A DNA stretch of 7,946 nt, from NCBI RefSeq assembly GCF_034531255.1, contig NZ_JAVRBM010000030.1:1-7946 (forward strand), given 5' to 3'. A model generated the notes under the pieces. That model saw only the letters and a program-made list of their open reading frames with translations, did not search any database and was not told where the DNA came from. A program made the position numbers and the translations under genes. Numbering within the stretch: position 1 is the first letter of the stretch; each line of letters starts with the position of its first letter. This document shows, piece after piece, positions 1 to 6,358 of this stretch. The stretch is from Nostoc sp. ChiQUE01b. GTDB taxonomy: Bacteria; Cyanobacteriota; Cyanobacteriia; Cyanobacteriales; Nostocaceae.

Positions 1-311
1 CCTTGGCAGAGAAGGCTCTGCTTCCTAAACGACCTTTTCAGGTCGCGCCGGACTGGTTACCGTGATTCACTCACAACGAATCGCACCTGCCCTCTGCCTC
101 CTGCCTTCTTGAAAGTCACTCTCACCCAAACTGGGACTGATGCCCAAATTCAAGTTACAGATACTGGAAAAGGCATTAAACTAGACTTTTTACCCTATGT
201 GTTTGAACATTTTCGCCAAGAAGGTTTCAACGGCATCTAGCCAAACCAGTTGAGCCAAACGAAATTGTGACAATTGCTGCCCGTCTGTGTGGGCGAAAGG
301 AAAACGCATGA
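1..311 (+). pseudogene. Decayed 3' remnant of a paralogous hybrid histidine kinase: a HATPase_c G1-box segment joined out of frame to a receiver-domain C-terminal tail
   Basis: Frame 1, nt 112-222, reads KVTLTQTGTDAQIQVTDTGKGIKLDFLPYVFEHFRQE. Nt 142-223 match nt 3917-3998 of the large kinase at 68/82 positions by hand count, with differences mostly at third codon positions. From nt 225 a different frame (frame 3) reads FQRHLAKPVEPNEIVTIAARLCGRKENA, stopping at 309-311. This matches the receiver tail GFQRHLAKPIEPEMLVQTIV at 4493-4552; nt 223-241 are identical to 4494-4512. The roughly 495 nt that separate these segments in the intact paralog (G2 box and most of REC) are absent. The junction is 1 nt out of frame, so frame 1 terminates at TAG 238-240. 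The upstream N-box is degenerate (LTTNRTCPLPP versus LLANAVKFTPP). Confidence 0.55.
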
Positions 312-3300
312 CTGTGGATCGTTCAACGGCTGAACAGCTTTTTGCAGGCAAGGGCGAAATGGCAATGCGAATGCGATCGCACGATTGGTCGCAAACCCCG
401 CTTGGTGCTGTGGAAACTTGGACTCAAAGCCTGCGATCAACGCTGAGTATTTGCCTCAATTCCCGTTTTCCCATCGCCATTTACTGGGGGCAAGACTGCT
501 TGCTGCTCTACAACGATGCTTGGCGACCGATCGTTGGTGACAAGCACCCGTGGGCACTGGGTCGCCCCGCACGCGAAGTCTGGTCTGAGATTTGGGACGA
601 CATTGGGCCGGAATTAGCAGGCGTTTTAGCGACGGGTGAAGGCACATTCCATAACGATGAACTTTTGTCAATGCATCGGTTTGGCTATACCGAGGAATGT
701 TTCTTCGAGTACACCTTCAATCCCATCCAGGGGCAGGGCGGTGTGATTGACGGCGTATTTAACGTTGTCAGTGAAACTACCTATCGGGTGTTGAACGATC
801 GCCGCGCTCGCCTGCTCCGGGAAGTAGCAGCTAAAACTGGAACTACGAAAACTGCGGAAGAATTATGTGCCTTGATGGTAGAGGCTTTCAAGTCCGATCC
901 GTTTGACATTCCTTTTGCTTTCCTCTACTTGATTGACCAGGACGGGAAACAGGCTCGGCTATGTGGCAGTACTGATGCCCCAGACAGTTCCATCATTCCG
1001 GCGGTCGTAGACCTGACTGCGGCGAATGATATTGATGGCTGGGTGATCGCCCTGGCCGCTCGTACTGGCAAATCACAAGCGATCAATGATCTAGAATCTC
1101 GCTTTGGAAGACTCCCGGGCAGCCCTTGGTCAGAGCCACCACAGTCAGCAATGGTGTTGCCGATCGCTGCCACTGGGCAAGGTAAAGTTACCGGAGTGCT
1201 GGTGGTTGTTGCTAGCCCGCGTCGCAGACTCGATGATAATTACCGAGATTTCTTCGATCAAGTTGCTGGGCAGATGGCAACGGCACTCGCCAATGTCCGT
1301 GCTTATGAAGAAGAGCGTCAACGGGCGGAAGCGTTAGCAGAACTCGATCGCGCTAAAACCGTATTTTTCAGTAACATTAGCCATGAATTTCGGACTCCCT
1401 TGACGCTAATGTTGAGTCCCTTGGAGGCACTGGCGAACACATTAGATGAACGGTTACAATTCAATGAGCGGGAACAATTACAACTGGTGCAGCGCAACGG
1501 ACTGCGCTTACAAAAATTAGTCAATACGCTGCTCGATTTTTCGCGGATTGAAGCGGGACGAGTGCAAGCGATGTATGAGCCAACCGATTTAGCCGCATTC
1601 ACTAGCGACTTAGCCAGTGTATTTCGCTCCCTCATTGAACAGGCGGGATTGCAACTAAGGGTAGAGTGTCCGGCACTGCCAGAACCAGTGTATGTCGATC
1701 GCGATATGTGGGAAAAAATTGTTCTCAATTTGATGTCGAATGCGTTCAAGTTCACATTCACTGGCAGCATCACGGTTACATTACAGGCGATCGCGGATCG
1801 GGTAGAATTACAAGTTGCAGATACGGGTGTTGGCATTCCCCCAGAGGAATTACCGCGATTATTTGAACGATTTCATCGTGTCAATGGAGCAAAGTCACGC
1901 ACCTATGAAGGATCGGGGATTGGACTCGCCCTTGTGCAAGAGCTGGTGAAACTGCACGGAGGTTCGATTCGGGTCACGAGTGTTTTAGATCGAGGAACTA
2001 CGTTTACTGTGGCGATTCCGTTTGGTTCGACGCATCTACCAAGCGATCAAATTCAAACGCCCCGGACTCTGCAATCGACCGCGCTAGGAACGGCTCCGTT
2101 TGTGGAGGAAGCATCGCGTTGGCTATCTACAGAGAGTTCTGAGTTCTCAGTTTTGAGTTCTGAGTTAAATACTGAATCTTCAATTCAAAACTCAAAATTC
2201 AAAACTCAAAACTCTCTCTGCGCTCGGATTCTCTTAGCCGATGACAATGCCGATATGCGCGAATATGTCACACGCTTGTTAAGCCCATACTACGAAGTTG
2301 AAGCGGTGAGTGATGGCATGGCGGCATGGAAGGCGATCACTGAACGCGCTGTTGATTTAGTGCTGACAGACGTGATGATGCCGCGCTTGGATGGATTTGG
2401 CTTGTTGCGCCAACTGCGAGAACATCCGCAAACTCAAGAAATTTCGATTATTCTGTTATCGGCGCGGGCGGGAGAAGAAGCCCGTATTGAAGGTTTGGCA
2501 GCAGGAGCCGATGATTATCTGATTAAACCGTTCTCAGCGCGGGAACTGCTGGCAAAGGTCGAAGCAACCTTGAAGCTAACACAATTGCGGCGGGAAGCAA
2601 TGCAACGAGAGCAAGTGCTGAGGCTAGAAGCCGAAACTGCTCAACAGAAGGTGGAAACAATTCTATCGAGTATTAGTGATGCATTTGTGGTGCTGGATCG
2701 AGACTGGAATTTTACCTACGTCAACGATCGCTATTGTGAAATCGTTGATATGGAGCGGGAAGCTCTTTTAGGTCAAAACGTCTGGGAACTGTTTGCCGAT
2801 GCGGCTGGTAGCGAAGCTCACATTCAATTTCAACAGGTACTGAGGGAGCAAATCTCAGTGCAGTTTGAGTGGCTGTTTCCCACCTGGAATCGCTGGTTTG
2901 AGTATCGGGTTTACCCATCGCCGGATGGACTGACGATTTTTCTCTCTGAAATCACCGATGCAAAGCACCGCGAAGCAGAACGCAAACAAGCCGAAGAACA
3001 ACTGCGGCAGCGTGAAGCTGAACTGACAGAAGCGCAGCGCATCGGTAAGATTGGCAGTTGGTATTGGGACGCGAAGACCGACATCACCACTGGCTCAGAT
3101 CAACTGCTGCGGATTTACGGGTTTGATCCAAAGCGCGACACGATGCCCAACTTTGCTGCTCAGGACGGCTGGCTTTACCCGCACGCAAGTTGGCAGCGCA
3201 TCAATACGGCTGTCCAACAGGCATTGAAAACGGGAGTCGGCTACGAACTCGACGTGCAGGCATTTTGCAACGGTACGCCGATTTGGATCACTACCCGCTG

Positions 3301-4579
3301 TGAAGTTGTACGCGACTCAGACAGCACGATTGTGGGGTTACGCGGCACGGTTCAAGATATCACGGCAAGAAAACAGACAGAAGAAAAACTGTCCGAATCG
3401 GAAGAACGTTTACAAATGCTTTTAGCACGAGAACAAGCAGCACGGGAGTCTGCCGAAACCGCTAACCGCGTCAAAGACGAGTTTTTAGCCGTGCTGTCTC
3501 ATGAGTTGCGATCGCCCCTCAATCCCATTTTGGGTTGGTCAAAGCTGCTACAACAAGGCAACCTCGACGCGGCAAAAACGGCAAACGCGCTGGCCGTGAT
3601 CGCCCGCAATGCCCAACTGCAAGCGCAACTGATTGACGATCTGCTCGATATCTCGCGGATTCTGCGTGGCAAATTGAGTTTGAATCAGATGCCTGTTGAC
3701 TTGAATCTGGTGATTGCATCTGCCCTGGAAACGGTTCGCCTAGCTGCCGAAGCCAAGTCGTTGTACATTGAGACAACAGTTCTACCGAATATCAGAACCG
3801 TTACAGGTGATGCTGGACGATTGCAACAAGTGGTTTGGAATCTTCTTGCTAACGCAGTGAAGTTTACGCCACCAGGCGGACAAATCACCATCGCCTTGAC
3901 TCAAGGAGCAACTTATGCACAAATTCAAGTCATTGATACAGGTAAAGGTATTAATCCTGACTTTTTGCCCTACGTATTTGAGCATTTTCGCCAAGAAGAT
4001 GGAGCCACCACGCGGAAGTTTGGCGGACTGGGGTTAGGATTGGCGATCGCCCGGCAAATCGTCGAACTACATGGTGGAACTGTTGCAGTTGCTAGTCCAG
4101 GTGAAGGGCAGGGTGCCACCTTCACAGTCCAACTCCCACTTGCGCCTGTATCAAGTCCAACTTTGTCAAGAGCAGTTGACTCAGACTCAACGGATGACGA
4201 TTTGAGTGACATCCACATCTTAGTGGTGGATGATGAACCAGATTCCCGTGAGTTTGTGGCTTTTGTTCTAGAGCAAGCAGGCGCGATCGTCACCAATGTT
4301 GCATCGGGAATTGAGGCATTGCAAACCATCGATCAGTCCTTCGATCTCATCGTCAGCGATATTGGAATGCCAGAGATGGATGGCTATATGTTAATGCAAC
4401 AAATTCGGGCGCGATTGCCCGATCGCCAGATTCCAGCCATTGCTCTGACTGCCTACGCCGGAGAATTTGATCGCCAGCAGGCATTAGCCGCAGGGTTTCA
4501 ACGGCATCTAGCGAAACCGATTGAGCCAGAGATGCTTGTACAAACGATTGTGAGTTTAATTAACCTGAGTTCTATGTAA
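308..4579 (+). CDS. Multidomain hybrid sensor histidine kinase with two complete transmitter-receiver modules: N-terminal PAS-like sensor, GAF, HisKA, HATPase_c, REC, PAS, PAS, HisKA, HATPase_c, REC
   Basis: A single uninterrupted ORF; the track gives 287-4579 starting at GTG. I prefer ATG 308, which is preceded by AAGGAA at 297-302 and overlaps the remnant stop as ATGA. N-terminal motifs WSQTPLG...WTQSLRSTLSICLNSRFPIAIYWG...YNDAWRPIVGDKHPWALG are typical of the PAS-like sensor that precedes GAF in bacterial kinases. Module 1: H-box SHEFRTPL (His codon 1382-1384), N-box NLMSNAFKFT, G1 DTGVGI (about 1820), G2 GSGIGL, and REC with DDN, TDVMMP (Asp 2369-2371) and IKPF. Module 2: two PAS-like segments (about 2640-2950 and 3030-3370), H-box SHELRSPL (His 3500-3502), N-box NLLANAVKFT, G1 DTGKGI (3935-3952), G2 GGLGLGL, and REC with VDDEPD, SDIGMP (Asp 4358-4360) and AKPI. 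Stop TAA at 4577-4579. Confidence 0.93.
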   Translation: MTVDRSTAEQLFAGKGEMAMRMRSHDWSQTPLGAVETWTQSLRSTLSICLNSRFPIAIYWGQDCLLLYNDAWRPIVGDKHPWALGRPAREVWSEIWDDIGPELAGVLATGEGTFHNDELLSMHRFGYTEECFFEYTFNPIQGQGGVIDGVFNVVSETTYRVLNDRRARLLREVAAKTGTTKTAEELCALMVEAFKSDPFDIPFAFLYLIDQDGKQARLCGSTDAPDSSIIPAVVDLTAANDIDGWVIALAARTGKSQAINDLESRFGRLPGSPWSEPPQSAMVLPIAATGQGKVTGVLVVVASPRRRLDDNYRDFFDQVAGQMATALANVRAYEEERQRAEALAELDRAKTVFFSNISHEFRTPLTLMLSPLEALANTLDERLQFNEREQLQLVQRNGLRLQKLVNTLLDFSRIEAGRVQAMYEPTDLAAFTSDLASVFRSLIEQAGLQLRVECPALPEPVYVDRDMWEKIVLNLMSNAFKFTFTGSITVTLQAIADRVELQVADTGVGIPPEELPRLFERFHRVNGAKSRTYEGSGIGLALVQELVKLHGGSIRVTSVLDRGTTFTVAIPFGSTHLPSDQIQTPRTLQSTALGTAPFVEEASRWLSTESSEFSVLSSELNTESSIQNSKFKTQNSLCARILLADDNADMREYVTRLLSPYYEVEAVSDGMAAWKAITERAVDLVLTDVMMPRLDGFGLLRQLREHPQTQEISIILLSARAGEEARIEGLAAGADDYLIKPFSARELLAKVEATLKLTQLRREAMQREQVLRLEAETAQQKVETILSSISDAFVVLDRDWNFTYVNDRYCEIVDMEREALLGQNVWELFADAAGSEAHIQFQQVLREQISVQFEWLFPTWNRWFEYRVYPSPDGLTIFLSEITDAKHREAERKQAEEQLRQREAELTEAQRIGKIGSWYWDAKTDITTGSDQLLRIYGFDPKRDTMPNFAAQDGWLYPHASWQRINTAVQQALKTGVGYELDVQAFCNGTPIWITTRCEVVRDSDSTIVGLRGTVQDITARKQTEEKLSESEERLQMLLAREQAARESAETANRVKDEFLAVLSHELRSPLNPILGWSKLLQQGNLDAAKTANALAVIARNAQLQAQLIDDLLDISRILRGKLSLNQMPVDLNLVIASALETVRLAAEAKSLYIETTVLPNIRTVTGDAGRLQQVVWNLLANAVKFTPPGGQITIALTQGATYAQIQVIDTGKGINPDFLPYVFEHFRQEDGATTRKFGGLGLGLAIARQIVELHGGTVAVASPGEGQGATFTVQLPLAPVSSPTLSRAVDSDSTDDDLSDIHILVVDDEPDSREFVAFVLEQAGAIVTNVASGIEALQTIDQSFDLIVSDIGMPEMDGYMLMQQIRARLPDRQIPAIALTAYAGEFDRQQALAAGFQRHLAKPIEPEMLVQTIVSLINLSSM
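2131..2217. repeat. Intragenic palindromic heptamer-repeat element (STRR-like hairpin repeat), 87 nt, in frame within the kinase linker
   Basis: The left arm 2131-2166 is AGAGAGTTCTGAGTTCTCAGTTTTGAGTTCTGAGTT, tandem heptamers of form GAGTTCT/CAGTTTT. The right arm 2182-2217 is AATTCAAAACTCAAAATTCAAAACTCAAAACTCTCT. The reverse complement of the right arm matches the left arm at 30/36 positions by hand alignment, and 2 of the mismatches would be G-U pairs in RNA. The loop is 15 nt. The element translates to the low-complexity segment SEFSVLSSELNTESSIQNSKFKTQNS between HATPase_c and REC1. Confidence 0.75.
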
Positions 4580-4710
4580 TGAATATGCTAAATTAATAGC
4601 TAAAATGCCAGTTTAGCACTGATTTTGATGTCAGTAAATAAGACTTTGCTGGGGGCGTTTTGGTGTTAACTGAACAGTTGATGAATTAACTGTCTCAAAT
4701 ACAATTCCTT

Positions 4711-5094
4711 TCACCTGATGAGATTCACTGCAATACTCAAATCCAGTTTTTTCCAAACCTTATCTGCTGTAAACACTGGAGCTTGCAGAATAATTCCCAG
4801 GGCTAAACAGGCGCGGTCGCCCAATGATAAGCCATGCTGCTGAGTTTGACCGTTCAAGTTAGCCGCGATATCTGCTTGCTCTTTATTAAAGGGGATTGCG
4901 TCAATATCCAACCAGCGCAAAATCTTTTGAGACGTGAATTGGTCATACTTTCTTTGTAGAACCGTTGATGTTTCGCAAAGGTTGACCATAGATATAACCG
5001 CATCAGCCAAAACACTTTTGACAACATCTTTGCCCGGTTCTTCGTGAATAAGCGTCAATAGCGCCGAGGCATCAAGAACCGCTTTGTTCTTCAC
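4711..5094 (-). CDS. vapC: PIN-domain ribonuclease toxin, VapC family
   Basis: The minus-strand ORF shows PIN hallmarks: N-terminal VLDASALL (first acidic residue), HEEPG, LSLGDRACLALG and FTADKVW. The track starts it at 5121, which is a TTG codon. GTG at 5094-5092 is preceded by AGGAG with a 7-nt spacer (reverse complement of 5095-5106) and gives MKNKAVLDASALL, 127 aa. This start overlaps the antitoxin 3' end by 23 nt. Stop at 4711-4713. Confidence 0.85.
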   Translation of the reverse strand: MKNKAVLDASALLTLIHEEPGKDVVKSVLADAVISMVNLCETSTVLQRKYDQFTSQKILRWLDIDAIPFNKEQADIAANLNGQTQQHGLSLGDRACLALGIILQAPVFTADKVWKKLDLSIAVNLIR

Positions 5095-5335
5095 GGGAAA
5101 ACTCCTCTCGTCTAGATGCAATTAATTCTTCGCTCCAACTAGAGCGATCGCCAGCACTAAGGGAGCGAACCAGATTATGTACCATCTCCAGCTTCTGAAA
5201 TTGAGACAAAATTTTCACTTCACCATTTTCTTCAGAAATGGTTATTGTATCGCCTTCGGCTATATGCAAATTCTTACGCAAAGATGCAGGCAGTGTTATT
5301 CTTCCCCCACTCAGTACATCTACCTTATATTCCAT
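5072..5335 (-). CDS. vapB: AbrB/SpoVT (MazE-like swapped-hairpin) antitoxin, VapB-type
   Basis: An 87-aa ORF lying immediately upstream of the PIN gene and overlapping it. The N-terminus, GGRITLPASLRKNLHIAEGDTITI, is the typical SpoVT/AbrB DNA-binding motif. The C-terminal half is acidic and Ser-rich, consistent with a toxin-binding tail. ATG at 5335-5333. Confidence 0.8.
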   Translation of the reverse strand: MEYKVDVLSGGRITLPASLRKNLHIAEGDTITISEENGEVKILSQFQKLEMVHNLVRSLSAGDRSSWSEELIASRREEFSREEQSGS

Positions 5336-5352
5336 ATATATACTTTCATCAC

Positions 5353-5379
5353 CATATTGATTAAAAGTACATCAATATG
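5353..5379 (-). promoter_or_regulatory. Candidate VapB/VapBC operator: perfect 9-bp inverted repeat upstream of vapB
   Basis: CATATTGAT (5353-5361), a 9-nt spacer TAAAAGTAC, then ATCAATATG (5371-5379). It lies 18-44 nt upstream of the vapB ATG in AT-rich DNA. TA operons are usually autoregulated through palindromes that overlap their promoter. Confidence 0.35.
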
Positions 5380-5708
5380 CTTTAACACTCAATTAAAAAA
5401 TAGGCATATTTAAATAGATGTGCATTTTTTATTTAGAGTGCGTACAAATAATGTTTCTATTCCCTATCCCTATCAAAAAAAGGTCGTTTTTTAATAGGGG
5501 ATTTTACGTCTTTTTAACAATGGCTGGGGCGACTTCTGGATTGGCTTTTACCATACCCGTTTTTTGACAGGGTAAACTTGCCCCAAAGCGGGGTTTCTAC
5601 CATATTTCGGTTATAAGTTGGGTAAAAGCGCAGTCAGGCTAACGGCTCAAATCAGCGACGGCAGATCACCTCGGACTCTGCCCTAACAGCTAGAGTCCGT
5701 CCGCTGCA

Positions 5709-5737
5709 TTTAAATTGCTAGCCCTTTGCTGTATACT
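5709..5737 (+). promoter_or_regulatory. Possible sigma70-type promoter for the caspase-like/NB-ARC locus
   Basis: TTTAAA (5709-5714), a 17-nt spacer, then TATACT (5732-5737), about 28 nt upstream of ATG 5765. This is a motif match only. No clear Shine-Dalgarno sequence precedes the ATG. Confidence 0.25.
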
Positions 5738-5764
5738 TGAAAGCAGCTACTCCCAACGTCAGCA

Positions 5765-6358
5765 ATGACCATCAAACCCCAAAAAATTTTGATTTTGGCA
5801 GCAAATCCTAAGCAGACAGTACGTTTGCGTCTCGATGAAGAATTGCGTGACATTAAGGAAGGTTTGCAAAGGGCGCAAAATCGGGAGAATTTTGATCTGC
5901 GGTATGATTTGGCAGTACGTCCGAGGGATATTCGCCGCGCTATTTTGGATTATCGACCAAACATTATCCACTTTTCTGGGCATGGTGCAGGAGTACAAGG
6001 ATTAGCTTTTGAAGATGAAATTGGAAACGAACAGCTAGTTACGGGAGAAGCATTAGCTGGACTTTTTGGACAGTTTTCTAATCAAGTAGAATGTGTGCTG
6101 TTGAATGCTTGCTACTCCCAAGTCCAAGCAAAAGCGATCGCCCAACACATCAATTATGTGATTGGCATGAACGATCAAATCCAAGATGAAGCGGCAATTG
6201 AATTTGTTGTGGGATTTTACGATGCACTTCTGGCTTACAATCCCCAATATGATCAAAGTTCGCCTGTAGAGTTTGCTTTTAATATTGCCAAGAATGCGAT
6301 TATGTTAGCTGGCGTGTCTGGCGAGTCGATTCCTGAAATTAAAAAAAAACTAATCTAA
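5765..6358 (+). CDS. Minimal caspase-fold (CHAT-type) cysteine-protease-like domain protein; probably the N-terminal effector module of the downstream STAND NTPase
   Basis: A 197-aa ORF. The pattern is KILILAANP..LRLDEELRDI (first strand and helix), then IIHFSGHG (His73, codon 5981-5983), GLAFEDE, and ECVLLNACYS (Cys116, codon 6110-6112). This spacing and context match the His-Cys dyad of CHAT/caspase-hemoglobinase-fold peptidases (HxxGHG ... hhLxACxS). The ORF ends IPEIKKKLI-stop, with KKK encoded by the A9 run. Confidence 0.7.
   Translation: MTIKPQKILILAANPKQTVRLRLDEELRDIKEGLQRAQNRENFDLRYDLAVRPRDIRRAILDYRPNIIHFSGHGAGVQGLAFEDEIGNEQLVTGEALAGLFGQFSNQVECVLLNACYSQVQAKAIAQHINYVIGMNDQIQDEAAIEFVVGFYDALLAYNPQYDQSSPVEFAFNIAKNAIMLAGVSGESIPEIKKKLI
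6341..6349 (+). other. A9 homopolymer at the frame junction between the caspase-like ORF and the NB-ARC ORF: candidate slippery or phase-variable site
   Basis: The sequence is gaaatt AAAAAAAAA ctaatctaa. In frame 2 it reads E I K K K L I stop (6356-6358). Frame 1 is open from 6343 onward, reading KKTNLTPHHLPLGNLTNVPELPPHFLLRPQQL. Moving back 1 nt after the AAA codon at 6347-6349, or adding one A, joins the two ORFs. Confidence 0.9.

Noticed and set aside
287-307. GTG 287 as the kinase start, as in the ORF track (MWAKGKR...)
   Set aside because: It is possible but less likely. These codons overlap the remnant's receiver-tail frame. ATG 308 has a better-placed AAGGAA Shine-Dalgarno-like element and forms the classic ATGA overlap. 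I kept it as an alternative start rather than a separate feature.
2131-2217. Possible CRISPR array or tandem-repeat locus
   Set aside because: The repeat unit is 7 nt with no spacers. The arms are mutually complementary and the whole element is translated in frame. It is a palindromic heptamer repeat, not a CRISPR.
237-4329. Minus-strand and alternative-frame ORFs inside the kinase gene (237-440, 456-671, 925-1173, 1104-1337, 1318-1836, 1666-1866, 2721-2918, 3519-3776, 3685-3891, 3782-3994, 3970-4329)
   Set aside because: All lie entirely within a long ORF whose domain motifs are unambiguous. Their translations are Arg/Ser/Cys-rich or low-complexity with no recognisable motifs, as expected for shadow ORFs opposite a moderately GC-rich gene.
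4580-4710. Intrinsic terminator between the convergent kinase and vapC genes
   Set aside because: There are only short 5-bp stems (AACTG..CAGTT around 4663-4700) with no GC-rich stem followed by a T-tract. This is insufficient to call a terminator.
5177-5413. Plus-strand 78-aa ORF antisense to vapB
   Set aside because: The translation is hydrophobic and low-complexity (Ile/Phe/Tyr-rich), derived from AT-rich DNA. It overlaps a well-supported antitoxin gene and shows no RBS or motif.
5607-5625. CCCC-AAAGC-GGGG-TTTC hairpin as a terminator (coordinates approximate)
   Set aside because: The stem is only 4 bp with a weak T-run, and no upstream plus-strand gene exists for it to terminate.
5759-6256. 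Minus-strand ORFs 5759-5998 and 6053-6256, antisense to the caspase-like ORF
   Set aside because: Both lie fully inside a sense ORF with a clear domain signature. Their translations have no recognisable features.
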